Part shown: positions 1 to 10,635 of the stretch, in pieces
Layout of the letters: each line of letters starts with the position of its first letter
Numbering within the stretch: position 1 is the stretch's first letter
From: Bacillota bacterium
Lineage (GTDB): Bacteria > Bacillota > Ch66 > Ch109
Length of the DNA: 64,000 bases
Direction: 5' to 3'
Assembly (NCBI GenBank): GCA_050952625.1
Contig: JBMNLH010000001.1
Span: forward strand, 1,312,001 to 1,376,000
Notes under the pieces: generated by a model
Databases searched by the model: none
What the model saw: only the letters and a program-made list of their open reading frames with translations
What the model was told of the DNA's origin: nothing
Program-made: the position numbers and the translations under genes

Positions 1-6
1 AAAATT

Positions 7-618
7 TTGACAAGTTGGTGTGACGTATTGGATGTAAAAAAAAGAATCGTTTTAGCCTGTAGGGAGTTGGCCAGGACCCGTGGATTTTACAATCTAACCA
101 TGGATAAGTTAGCAAATCAAGCCTGCCTAAGTAAAAGAACAATTTATCGCTACTTCAGAAGTAAAGAAGAGATTATTGAGACAACCATAGATTCCTTTAT
201 TCAAGAAACAGAACAAGAGTTTATTCAAGTAGCCACCAAAGAAGATAGCGTAGAAAACGTTGTTTCTTATATATTTAATTACATCTTAACTCATGGTCAA
301 TTTATTTTTAATCTTCAGGGACTTAATGATTTAAGACTACACTACCCCGATTTATGGCAAAGAATTAAAAAAATACGGGAAGAAAAGATTCAAAACCTCA
401 TTCGGTTAATGATGGAAAAAAGCGGGAACAAATCGGCCGTCCAGGAGATAGACTCAAGAATACTGACTGCTGTCATTGTGGCTTCGATAAATAAAGTAAT
501 GACCCCTGATTTTCTCTTAACTAATGGCTTGACTTTGGAAGAAACCGCCAATCAATTTAGTAAACTCTTATTAGCTTTATTCTCAATATCTTTGGGCAAC
601 AAAGATCCCAACACATAA
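7..618 (+). CDS. TetR/AcrR family transcriptional regulator
   Basis: N-terminal HTH motif RGFYNLTMDKLANQACLSKRTIYRYFRSKEEI. Confidence 0.9.
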   Translation: MTSWCDVLDVKKRIVLACRELARTRGFYNLTMDKLANQACLSKRTIYRYFRSKEEIIETTIDSFIQETEQEFIQVATKEDSVENVVSYIFNYILTHGQFIFNLQGLNDLRLHYPDLWQRIKKIREEKIQNLIRLMMEKSGNKSAVQEIDSRILTAVIVASINKVMTPDFLLTNGLTLEETANQFSKLLLALFSISLGNKDPNT

Positions 619-673
619 TCCGGTTGAATGATATTTTGAGCGATAGACAAACACAAAGATAGGAGGGATTGAA

Positions 674-1427
674 ATGAATTATACCCAGCGGATTATTCAA
701 CTAGCTAAGCTAATACGGTCTGCCAAACGCGTAGTTGCTTTTACAGGTGCCGGCATTAGTACAGAAAGCGGTATTCCCGACTTCCGAAGTAAGGGGACCG
801 GGTTATGGGAAAAGGTTGACCCCATGGCAATTCTTTCCGTTAAGGCTTTGAAGCGTAATCCGCAACGTTTTTATCAGGATGGATTTGTTCATTTTTTAAA
901 TCTAGAATCAGCTAAGCCAAACCCAGCTCATGAAGTTTTAGGGTGGTTAGAACAGAAGAAATTTTTGGCCGGTGTAATCACCCAAAATATCGATGGTTTG
1001 CACCAAAAGGCCGGTTCCCAAAAAGTCTTAGAGGTACATGGTCATCTCCGGACTGGTCACTGCATGCGTTGTAAAAAGAAGTATAAAATGTTAAATATCC
1101 GTCATCTCCTAGAGTCGGGAAAAATTCCGCCAATGTGTAGCTGCGGTGGTCTTTTACGCCCAGATGTTACTCTTTTTGGCGATCCAATGCCACGTGACTT
1201 CTGGAGTGCAACCGCTGAGGTCGAACAATCAGATTTTTTTGTTGGTGGTAGGCAGTAGCCTGACTGTTTCTCCAGCTAACAGTTTAGCCAGCATAGCCAA
1301 ACAGGTAGCAATCATTAATCTTGAGACAACAAGTTTTGACCGTCAGGCTGATTTGGTTATTCAAGAAAAAGCAGGCAAAGTTCTATTGGATCTGAAATTG
1401 GTGCTCGAAAGGGAAGAAAAAAATTAG
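674..1427 (+). CDS. cobB: NAD-dependent protein deacylase (Sir2/CobB family); one frameshift, probably a sequencing error
   Basis: GAGISTESGIPDFR, TQNIDGLHQKAGS, HG and two CxxC/CxC zinc motifs. The C-terminal VVGSSLTVSPA..IN lies in the next frame; removing one T from the T7 run at 1234-1240 joins them. Confidence 0.88.
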
Positions 1428-1728
1428 CTATCTAATATTAAATGCATTAATAATATAGTATTATAAATAGTAAGTAAATAATAAAAAAACAGTCTTTGCA
1501 ACTTCCTATAAGAAGTATTATGTAAACTAATATTGGAAAATTATTTAGAAATTTATTTAAATAACTTTGTTGGTATATCTTTGAAAAGAAATGGTATTTG
1601 CAGGAAAATTTAAAAGCTGATAGAATATATAATAACATACATATGTTTGCAGTAAAGAATCCATGTATTACATTTAGCTAAGATTATTACGGGTATTTTC
1701 CCTTTAGGCAAGATGGCTTAGAAACACT

Positions 1729-2804
1729 ATGAAAAGAGGGAAAACTGTGACGATAACTGAAAGCGACCAACAAGGATTGAACGACCAAAAAAAGGTCAAT
1801 GCTCAAGAAGAGCCACGGCCGGATTGTTATACTGAACCTTTTGATATTAAACCTTTAGAAAGAAACAGAACTGAAAGAGAACTAATAACTTCAGGAATGC
1901 CTGCCTTATCTGAAGGCATGTACCGTTTAATGGTAGAAAATATTAACGATGTTATATTTATTTTAGACGACGAAGGCAATATGACTTATATCAGTCCGGT
2001 CCTTAAAAAAGTAATCGGCTATAACGAAAATGAACTTTTGGGAAAATCTTTCATGAAATATGTTCATCCTGAAGACCTACCCCGGGTTACTTGCCAGCAT
2101 GAAACGTTCTTTTGCCGGTGAAATTGAACCCTTTGAGTTCAGAATCTTTAGGAAAGATGGAGTTGTTCGATATGTCCGTACTTCAAGTCGATTGTATCAA
2201 GAAAACAATAAATCGTGCTGTCTCATAGGAGTATTAACAGACATAACAGAACGCAAACAATATGAAGAAAAACTGAAATATCTTAGTTTACATGATTCTC
2301 TTACCGGGCTTTATAACCGCGCTTATTTTGAACTTGAAATGAAGCGATTGGAGATAAATTGCATATATCCCCGCAGGAATAATTATCTGCGATATAGATG
2401 GTTTAAAATTTCAAAATGATAGTTTAGGACATAAGGCCGGTGATTTTTTATTAGTTGCGACAAGTAGATTAATCAAGAAATGTTTTCGGAGATCTGATGT
2501 AGTAGCTCGAATTGGTGGTGATGAATTTGCTGTTTTGTTACCCAATACGCCTGACCTAATAGTTGAGGAGGGCCCCAGTAATAGAATCCGTCAAGCAGTA
2601 ATTGAGTATATTTCTACCAATCCTATTACCCCTATAAGCCTTTCAGTGGGCTGGGCGACTAGGAACGATAGCTCAAAAACTATGACTGAAGTATTTGTGG
2701 AAGCAGATAATGAAATGTACCGAGAGAAGAAAAAAAACAGAGAAAAAATTCAAGATTTTCTTTTATCATTACCACAAAATGCCAATAAAATCAATAATAA
2801 ATAA
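1729..2804 (+). CDS. PAS-GGDEF diguanylate cyclase, split by two +1 frameshifts
   Basis: PAS (YVHPEDL, FRIFRKDG..DITERK), HDSLTGLYNR, and RRSDVVARIGGDEF (I-site plus GGDEF) read at ~2487-2528. Breaks at C runs near 2081 and 2370. Confidence 0.85.
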
Positions 2805-2835
2805 CAAATTATATAAAGTTTGTTTAAAGGTTAAA

Positions 2836-2865
2836 AAGAGAAGGCCGGCTCTATCCTTCTCTTTC
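2836..2865. terminator. Probable bidirectional intrinsic terminator between the DGC and ectC
   Basis: aaagagaagg...ccttctcttt inverted repeat between convergent genes. Confidence 0.6.
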
Positions 2866-2884
2866 TCAATAATCGTTTTAAAAT

Positions 2885-3271
2885 TTAATTGTCAATTATT
2901 GGATAAGATCCTTCGTCATCATGCACCTCAGTCCCTGTAAGCGGTGGAACGAAAACGCACATCATATGCATATCAGTAACTGCTCGTAGAAAATGCTTTT
3001 CATGTCCGTTCAGAGCATATAGGGTGCCAGTTTTGATTTGATAGATATCGCCACTATCAATTACCTCAATTTCTCCCTCTCCCTGTATGCAGTAAACAGC
3101 CTCCAGGTGGTTTTTGTACCAGATATACGTTTCTGTTCCGGCTTTAATTATAGTGTGATTAAATGAAAATCCCATGCCGTCTTTTTTCAATAGCAATCGG
3201 TAACTTCTCCAGGTTTTCGTATCAACATCATGCTCCGTGCCAATTATACTATCGAGGTGTTTAACAATCAA
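2885..3271 (-). CDS. ectC: L-ectoine synthase
   Basis: WRSYRLLLKKDGMGFSF, WYKNHLEAVYCIQGEG, CVFVPPLTGTEVHD. TTG start at 3271 after an AAGGAG RBS. Confidence 0.95.
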   Translation of the reverse strand: MIVKHLDSIIGTEHDVDTKTWRSYRLLLKKDGMGFSFNHTIIKAGTETYIWYKNHLEAVYCIQGEGEIEVIDSGDIYQIKTGTLYALNGHEKHFLRAVTDMHMMCVFVPPLTGTEVHDDEGSYPIIDN

Positions 3272-3355
3272 TGTTATAGACTCCTTTCCGTTCTTTGCTT
3301 TTAACCCCCAAAAAGATTGTAATTCTAAAAACATTAGGGAGAATATTAAGCAATA

Positions 3356-4734
3356 TCAACCCGAACTTGCGAGCAAGTCCTTCTTTCTTGATTCATCTAT
3401 TTTTTTTGGACTGATTTTGATAAACGATTGTACTCTAATATCATCTATACTATCTTCCAAAATTGATAAACCTTCTATGAGGCCCAATCTCATCTATAAT
3501 AAGCGGCGGCATTAGCTTGATTACTTCATCATTTGCTCCAGACGTTTCCATTATTAGGCCGCGTTCAAAAGCTACAGAGCATATCTTTTTGGCTAATCCT
3601 TTCACTCCACAGGCTAAACCCTTTATCAATCCTCTACCCCTTACCTCACCCTTTATGCTTGGGTATTTCTGGACTAACCTGATCAAATAAGTATCTATTA
3701 TCTTTTCCTTAGCTTTAATTTCACGGGAAAAATTATCGTTTCTCCAGTAATTTAGTGCTTCGGTAGCGGTAATAAAAGCCAGATTATTTCCTCGGAAAGT
3801 GCCGTTATGCTCGCCCGGCGACCAGATATCTAGTTCAGGTTTAATTAAATTGATTGAGAGAGGCAAACCATAACCGCTGAGTGATTTGGACAAACATACA
3901 ATGTCTGGGGTAATACCCACAGGTTCAAAACTAAAAAATGTGCCGGTACGTCCGCAGCCTGCTTGGATATCATCAATAATAAGCAAAATTTCTCGCTGTC
4001 GGCACATTTCATTAATTCGTCTCAACCATTCGTAGCTTGCAGTGTTGATACCCCCTTCTCCCTGGACTGTTTCTAAAATAATTGCAGCCGGTGTTGGTAC
4101 CCCCGCTAGAACTGTCATCAAGGTATCTTTCAATACATTTTACTGTGTCAACACCTTCGCCGAAGTATTTATCATAAGGCATAAAAACTCCGTTATTAAG
4201 TGAAATGCCTGCCCCCTGACGTTTAAAAGAATTGCCGGTGATCGAAAGAGAACCAAGGGTCATTCCGTGAAAGGCATTGGTAAAACTGATAATCGTGTCC
4301 CGCCCGGTAACTTTGCGCGCTAGTTTAAGAGCACTTTCTACTGCATTTGTGCCAGTAGGGCCAGGAAACATGACTTTATAATCCATTTTCCTTGGTGTTA
4401 AGATTATCTCTTTAAATTTCCTTAAAAAAACCTTTTTGGCCTCTGTTGCCATATCTAGACTATGAACAATTCCATTATTGGCAATATAATGTAACAGTTT
4501 TTCTTTCATCACCGGGTGATTGTGACCATAATTTAAGGCACCTGCACCTGAGAAAAAATCAATGTATTTCCTTTTGTTGTTATCGTATAGTTGGTATCCA
4601 CTTGCCCATGTAAAAACGGTTGGAAAGCTTCGGCAATAACTACGGACATTAGATTCTAAGTCGTCAAAAATTTTTAGATCATTTAACTCAATATTCAAAT
4701 CCATCCCCTCACTTTCTAGGTTCTTACTTTTCAT
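3356..4734 (-). CDS. ectB: Diaminobutyrate--2-oxoglutarate transaminase; two +1 frameshifts in G runs (~4102, ~3483)
   Basis: [53 protein letters not shown]; lies between ectA and ectC. Confidence 0.92.
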
Positions 4735-5234
4735 TTTTTAATAGGACCAATACGAAGCATTAATTCATCTTCGTGTTGTCCACCGGGAAATAGTTGGGCT
4801 GGAAAACACGCAAATAATTCACAGTTGGTTTTTAATTCTGCCGCAAGCTTTCGGTATAGTGATTCAGCAGCTTTATTAGAAGGCGTGATAGTTATCTCCA
4901 AAAATTGGGTTTTTCTGCATGATCCACGATTAAGCAAATGCTTCAACATCTTTAATCCTAATTTACGCCGACGAAATGCTTCATCTACCGCTACCTGCCA
5001 GACAAAAAGAACCTCTGGTTTATGTGGCGGACTAAATGCAGAAATAAAGCCTATTACCTTGTTTTCTATTTCTGCTACTACACAAGTTTCACTAAAATAT
5101 TTACTTAATAACAGATAGCTGTACGCAGAATTTAGATCTAACACTTTTGTATTTTTAATCAGTTCCCAAATTGTTTTAGCATCTTCTTCCTGAGGACTTC
5201 GCAACCGGAGTTTTTCGGTCACATCATTTTCCAT
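4731..5234 (-). CDS. ectA: Diaminobutyrate acetyltransferase
   Basis: [37 protein letters not shown]. Confidence 0.95.
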   Translation of the reverse strand: MENDVTEKLRLRSPQEEDAKTIWELIKNTKVLDLNSAYSYLLLSKYFSETCVVAEIENKVIGFISAFSPPHKPEVLFVWQVAVDEAFRRRKLGLKMLKHLLNRGSCRKTQFLEITITPSNKAAESLYRKLAAELKTNCELFACFPAQLFPGGQHEDELMLRIGPIKK

Positions 5235-5606
5235 CGTTTCTAATACTCCTTTACTCCCTGCTTTTTTACTTATTTTTTATGAAAGCATTAATTAGTACCT
5301 CGAAATGGTTACGTAAACACTCTTTGTGTAAAAATACTAAATCAGTTATTTTATACACAATAGGCAACTTTGATATACAATAAAGTTGTCTGTTTCAGCT
5401 TACCATAATCAGTATATAGTAAACAACTCCTATTTTTAGCCAGGTTGTCTGTTGAGCTAAAAATAGCATTCACTATAACCCATTTACTAATGCTAACACT
5501 TAAATTATCTGTAATACGTTAATTTATCTGTAATATACGTTATTAAAAACAAAAACCCCGGCATGGGGCTGAGCCAATCAATCTTTGTTTAGACCCTGGT
5601 TTGATT

Positions 5607-7025
5607 CTAAAGCTGAATAATATGAGTGGCGCAATAGAGACAGGGATCAAATGATCGTACTACTCGTCCAACTTCGATAGGTATTTTTGGATCTTCAATG
5701 GGAATCCCGATCAGGCAATGTTCAACCGGACCCAGTTTATCAAAATCATCTCTTGGTGAAAAGTTCCATTCTGATGGGGTTATGATTTGATAATGCGCTA
5801 CTTGGTTCGATTCGACCCGAATTCTATGCAGCAAACTTCCCCGAGGTACCTCTAAGGCACCAAATGCCTGCTTTGCAACTTGCTTGTCAGGTGGTCGATA
5901 GGCTAGTTTTTCTGGCTCTATCTCACCTAACCACTGCGACATTAAACGACTGATTAGATCCGCCTCATAACTTCGAGCGAGGACTCGGTCCATGGTAGAA
6001 GAACCAAAGGTTTCTCCCCGGATTATTGCCCGGGCCAGCGGACCAACTTCCATAGGTTCATTAGCGTATCGAGGTGCTTCCACCCAGGTATAAGCACCCG
6101 GTTTGTACGGTTCTGGCTGCTTACGCCCTTCAGGTTGGTTTATTCCTTCTGAGGTTTGTTGCTCAGACAACCAAGTGTATTTGTTTGCTTCAGTTATTTG
6201 GCGAATATCTAACGTTTGTTTCCTTTCTTGAATTATTACTCCAGGTGGTATCGCGTATTGACCCTTACTGTTAAGAAAACCACCATATGAGAGAAAATTT
6301 TCCGGTCCTTGACCAATTTTAAAATAATCTGGGTAAGTGTCAGCCAGTAAATGAGTATCCGGCAACAGTCTGGTCTCAATAAATTGCTGAACCGCAGCTA
6401 ATTTTGCGGCAAATTTGTTCAAGGTATCTGCACGAGGCCCTACAGTGGATCCCCCTGGCACTAACCCATGAGGATGTGGAACCTTCGCCCCAAACAGGGT
6501 TAACATGTCATGGCACATCCGACTAGCGGACACTGCTTCCTGATAGTGGGACCAAAGCACATCGTTTTCTTCTTTGGTAAAGCGATAATCCCGTCCTGTT
6601 GGATTAAAAAAAGGGAAATTTGGTGGTGCTTTGAGATAATCGGGAAGTTCCAAAAAATAAAAATGTCGGAGGTGATTCTGCAGAAATTCGGCTCCAAGCA
6701 TCAGATTGCGTAACAGCCAACCGTTGGGCGGCACCTCAGTTAAGTATATCTGCTCCAACATCAGACTAGAGACCATTGCGTGGGCGGTTGAGCAGATACC
6801 GCATATTTTTTCGGTTAAGTAAGCAGCATCAAATGGATCACGTCCGACCATGATTGTTTCGTAGCCCCGGTATACCCCACCGATAACGCGAGCGTTAACC
6901 ACGCGGCCTTGTTTGACTATAGCTTGAATACTTAATTGACCGCTGCTCCGGGTAATTGGGCTAACAGTTATTCTTTTTGGACGATTTTTCATATTATCGG
7001 ACTGGTTGATTCTCGGCTGCTCCAT
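5607..7025 (-). CDS. [NiFe]-hydrogenase large subunit
   Basis: L1 KICGICSTAH, EVPRG, L2 RSFDPCLYCATH plus a 4-residue tail. Confidence 0.92.
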   Translation of the reverse strand: MEQPRINQSDNMKNRPKRITVSPITRSSGQLSIQAIVKQGRVVNARVIGGVYRGYETIMVGRDPFDAAYLTEKICGICSTAHAMVSSLMLEQIYLTEVPPNGWLLRNLMLGAEFLQNHLRHFYFLELPDYLKAPPNFPFFNPTGRDYRFTKEENDVLWSHYQEAVSASRMCHDMLTLFGAKVPHPHGLVPGGSTVGPRADTLNKFAAKLAAVQQFIETRLLPDTHLLADTYPDYFKIGQGPENFLSYGGFLNSKGQYAIPPGVIIQERKQTLDIRQITEANKYTWLSEQQTSEGINQPEGRKQPEPYKPGAYTWVEAPRYANEPMEVGPLARAIIRGETFGSSTMDRVLARSYEADLISRLMSQWLGEIEPEKLAYRPPDKQVAKQAFGALEVPRGSLLHRIRVESNQVAHYQIITPSEWNFSPRDDFDKLGPVEHCLIGIPIEDPKIPIEVGRVVRSFDPCLYCATHIIQL

Positions 7026-7144
7026 CTTGGTTTCCCTCCCTCCCTCCCTTCCTGTATTTTTAGTATCTACCGTTGTTTATACCATTTCCCGTATACTATT
7101 TTCGGCCCTCATCTTCAATATTTTGGAAAACTAATTTAAGGCGA

Positions 7145-8051
7145 TTAGTTATCAAGCGGGAAGGGAGGTTCAAAGAAGGGCTCCATGCCGTCCGGATAGG
7201 TTGGTTCGGTGCAGCCAATACAGGGGGTGTTTGCCTTAACTGGCCAGTTTAAGTAACTGTTCCATTGGCGTTCAGGACAATCCCGCATGGGTTAACGGTC
7301 CTTTGCATCCCAATTCAAACATACACTCAGGGTCACCTAACTCTTTAGCAAAAATTCGCTGATCAAAAAAGGATCTTCTGGTACAGCGTCGGTGAACCGT
7401 TTCGCCATAAAAAATTACAGGTCGTCCATATTGGTCTACTTCCGGCTCACCAAATAATAATAGATGAGCCAGAGTACCAATAATCCAATCTGGGTGGGCT
7501 GGACAACCGGAAACGTTAATCACTGTTCTTTGCAAAAATTCTCCCACTCCGACGCTTTTCGAAGGATTAGGTTTAGCGGCTGATGGTCCTCCAAAGCAAG
7601 CGCAGGTCCCAACAGCCATGACGTAGCGGGCGCGGGGAGCAATTCTAGTTATTAATTGAGAGCCAGTAATTATTGTATTATCTTTGACGGCCACGATACA
7701 AAGCTTTCCTTGACCTAGCGTCGAAATCGCTCCTTCGATTATCAGTAAAAAACCATTTGGATCCTCTATGGTTCTATCTAATATTGTCCAGGCCTCATTG
7801 TCTTCCGCCCACATCAAGGTATTCTGAAACCTTAAATCAATCAAGCCCTGTAAGATTTGGTTAAGATTTGGGCCAACGGCATTAAGCATTGAAATAGTAT
7901 TGCCGCCGCAACCGCTAACCTCAAGCCAAATGACCGGCATCTTTTTGTCTGGCTGGGCCTGATACAAATTATCTAGAGAGTAAAGCACTTTGGATAAATA
8001 CATTGTTCCGGTCAATGACCGGGAAGCATTGGCAAACTCCTCCCGGGTCAT
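7145..8051 (-). CDS. [NiFe]-hydrogenase small subunit; +1 frameshift near 7283
   Basis: WLEVSGCGGN, EGAI, GTCA, GCP, HRRC, LGCKGP. The next frame continues ADCPERQWN..WPVKANTPCIGCTEP..FFEPPFPLDN*. Confidence 0.9.
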
Positions 8052-8070
8052 GACATCACCCCCTAACCAA

Positions 8071-8099
8071 AATTATGCGGGGGGTTAGATGGGATATGC
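8071..8099 (-). promoter_or_regulatory. sigmaG-like (forespore) promoter of the hydrogenase genes
   Basis: GCATA-17 nt-CATAATT just upstream of the GGGGTGA RBS. Confidence 0.55.
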
Positions 8100-8152
8100 T
8101 AATTATGTCTATTACTTTTAGTGATTGCTCCCAAGCCAATTTAATTGTAATA

Positions 8153-9613
8153 CTAAATCCAATACAAAATAGCCAGATAAGGCTTAAACTCTTTGCTGCC
8201 GGTCCAGTTCCGGGACGCCGGGGTCTGCAGGGATCCCGCTAAAACGTCCTCGTCAATAGACCGCAAGCAGAGTCCGTAATTTGCCCGTTCACTTTTGATC
8301 CACTGTTTCACTATCTGCGTAATATTCCAAGCGAGCCAGGAACTGGCCGCATTTCCCTCGACCGCTACCCGATCAACTGGTTGATTTGCCTGAACCGGTT
8401 GATTGGACCAAGTTAGAGTTTCTTCATTCCAGGCTTCTAAAACCGGGTAACACCCGATAAGGTCAAAAACCGGGGCCTTCCAATTAAGCCAAAGATACAA
8501 AAAGGCTGAATCTATTTCACAGCCAGCCGGTAGTTCTGGCAGATGAAAGGCTAAATACGCCCGAGCGGATGACCATCTTCCTGATTGGTGCCACTCTCGG
8601 CCAATAACCAGGACCGCTGATTCGGGAGAAGGTTCCTCAGGTCTGCCACTCATTACACATGCATCAACAGAAGGCGGCTGAATCTGAAGTAATCGTAGAT
8701 TCCTGCCGGTTGAAATAGTTTTGCCCCCTGTCCGTTGCTTCTTTAATCCTAGACATGACAACATGTAATCAGCTCGATGTTTATAAGTGTGTTTAGCTAA
8801 AATTTCAGCTCGACCATTTTGAGAAATATAATGACGTTCTTGCTCCTGAACCAGGTAATAGTCAACTAACTCCAGGGTTTCACTAGGCGAATTGGTCAGG
8901 ATGAGATGCTGTCGGTCAACAAATAGCTGCTGAACCGCTGGAACACGGGTCGTTAATTGAACCCCTCCACAACCCATGATTTCAAAAGTGCGGGAAGTTA
9001 GCTGGGTGGTGAATCGATTTTCATTTTGTAAATTGAGGATTATTTTAGATCTTTGGTAAACGGAAAAAGTTTCTAGGAAAGAAATCGACCCGCCGCAGTA
9101 ATCTGTAATGGTCTTATGACCGCTTAGTTGCCATGGGGCTTGCTCCCAACCCTTACCCCATAAAACAAGGTCATATCCTCCTTTTTCAATTAAAGGCCTG
9201 ATTAAAATATCGACACTTTGCCAGCGATAAGTGCTGGTGTTTTCCCATATATCGTAGGTATTGGCAACTACGGCAATATCATGGCAATAGCGAGAATTAG
9301 CGGAATGCTCAACATATGCTTCCACGGACGGGTTATAACCAAATTCTAAATGAAAGGCTGGGATTCCAAGATTCTCGTAAAATGGTATACAGTCAGCGTT
9401 GATAGTAAACACTGCATCCGGCTGAACTGCTTTGACCATAGGCAGAGACCAAGTCTGTAGGTGCTGAATATCCTCCACGGCCCAATAAACATGCAGACAA
9501 TTATATTGACGAACTATTTCTCTAATAATCTCCCGTTTTTCAGGGACATATTCCTCAATCCAGCCTACAGTAATGACAAGGTCCGGCTTAAAGACCTCCA
9601 TGTACGTCTCCAA
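8153..9613 (-). CDS. CgeB-like spore glycosyltransferase fused to a C-terminal DNRLRE-type domain; apparently 5'-truncated
   Basis: FKPDLVITVGW, YWAVED, SRTFEIMGCGG, HTYKHRA; C-terminal RAYLAFHL..IDSAFLYL..WNEETLTWSNQP. No RBS, and an in-frame stop 11 codons upstream. Confidence 0.75.
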   Translation of the reverse strand: METYMEVFKPDLVITVGWIEEYVPEKREIIREIVRQYNCLHVYWAVEDIQHLQTWSLPMVKAVQPDAVFTINADCIPFYENLGIPAFHLEFGYNPSVEAYVEHSANSRYCHDIAVVANTYDIWENTSTYRWQSVDILIRPLIEKGGYDLVLWGKGWEQAPWQLSGHKTITDYCGGSISFLETFSVYQRSKIILNLQNENRFTTQLTSRTFEIMGCGGVQLTTRVPAVQQLFVDRQHLILTNSPSETLELVDYYLVQEQERHYISQNGRAEILAKHTYKHRADYMLSCLGLKKQRTGGKTISTGRNLRLLQIQPPSVDACVMSGRPEEPSPESAVLVIGREWHQSGRWSSARAYLAFHLPELPAGCEIDSAFLYLWLNWKAPVFDLIGCYPVLEAWNEETLTWSNQPVQANQPVDRVAVEGNAASSWLAWNITQIVKQWIKSERANYGLCLRSIDEDVLAGSLQTPASRNWTGSKEFKPYLAILYWI

Positions 9614-10121
9614 GTACGCCGGTGAAGGATACTGTAATGTTTTTTATGAGTTATATAATCTGCCAGTGGTTATAGTCAGATACTCTAATATTTATGGCTA
9701 CTATCAGACCCCGGCCAACCCGTACTGTGGGGTTATCGGTAAATTTATGTTGTGGGCTTTGAGAAATGAGCCGCTCCTGATTCATGGCGATGGAGAACAG
9801 ACCAGGGATTTTACCTTTATTGATGACGCAATCGAGGCGACGATCGCTGCTGCCTTTAATCCCAATTCAACCGGCAAAACCTACAATATCGGCACTGGTC
9901 AAGAAACCAGTATCAATCAATTGGCTAAAATGATAATTGAGGCAGTTGGGAGTTCATCAACTATCAATTATGTCGAATCACGCGATATTGATAATATTCG
10001 CCGCCGAGTTTTAAGTATTGAAAGACTAAGACGAGATTTACAGATTATTCCGCGCAATCCCTTAGAAAAAGGAATTGAACTTACCTTAAACTGGTTTCGG
10101 AAAAACGGGAATTGGGAATAA
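9606..10121 (+). pseudogene. 3' half of an NAD-dependent epimerase/dehydratase
   Basis: Starts at VSKYAGE (end of the YxxxK region), then RYSNIYG, GDGEQTRDFTFIDD, YNIGTG. The GxxGxxG Rossmann half is absent. Confidence 0.85.
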
Positions 10122-10130
10122 AACCCATAA

Positions 10131-10158
10131 CATCATATGCCATTTATAAGGCAAACGT
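10131..10158 (-). promoter_or_regulatory. sigmaK-like promoter pointing leftwards, toward the CgeB-like gene
   Basis: AC-17 nt-CATATGATG on the minus strand. Confidence 0.45.
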
Positions 10159-10298
10159 GTCTTATAATCCCTCTTAAGGAAAAATAATCCTTTGCATCCC
10201 TTCCTCCAACAACCAAAAATCGGAAAGGGCACCCCCATGAGGTGCCCTCGCGTCTAGCCCTTAGTCTCAGAGAACAACGCGCTTCATTATGCTCATTA

Positions 10299-10544
10299 TT
10301 ATCGTCGCAAGACCTCAACCGGTCTAGGAAAGGAAGCTAAAACAGCCAGGACCTCATCCCGGGTATCCGGGGTAACCCAGATCACTACCAAGCCTAAGGA
10401 CGGGTCAACCGTGCTCACCATTCCCATACCATCCATTCCTTCAACAACTCGGGTTAAAAAATCAATATCAGCCGGGGCAACTTTCAGGACAATCTGAAAG
10501 CCCTCGGCCTGCTCAGGCGGCAATATTTTGGCCATTCCGCTCAC
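10299..10544 (-). CDS. DUF4911-like protein
   Basis: IDFLTRVVEGMDGMGMVSTVD pattern; usual position downstream of a U32 gene. Confidence 0.7.
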   Translation of the reverse strand: MSGMAKILPPEQAEGFQIVLKVAPADIDFLTRVVEGMDGMGMVSTVDPSLGLVVIWVTPDTRDEVLAVLASFPRPVEVLRR

Positions 10545-10566
10545 CTTTCCAAGAAGCTATTAACGT

Positions 10567-10614
10567 GGGACACGGGACACGGGGACAGGTTTACGGTCCC
10601 GGGTAGTCTACTAC
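10567..10614 (+). repeat. GGGACA-palindrome (REP-like) copy 1
   Basis: gggacacgggacacggggacaggtttacggtcccgggtagtctactac; near-identical to 38948-38984. Confidence 0.75.
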
Positions 10615-10635
10615 CTTGAAAACAACTACGCGCTT

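Noticed and set aside
1234-7290. Programmed frameshifting or phase variation in cobB, DGC, ectB and the hydrogenase small subunit
   Set aside because: The runs are short (3-7 nt), all errors are +1 and the genes are unrelated; sequencing error is the simpler explanation.
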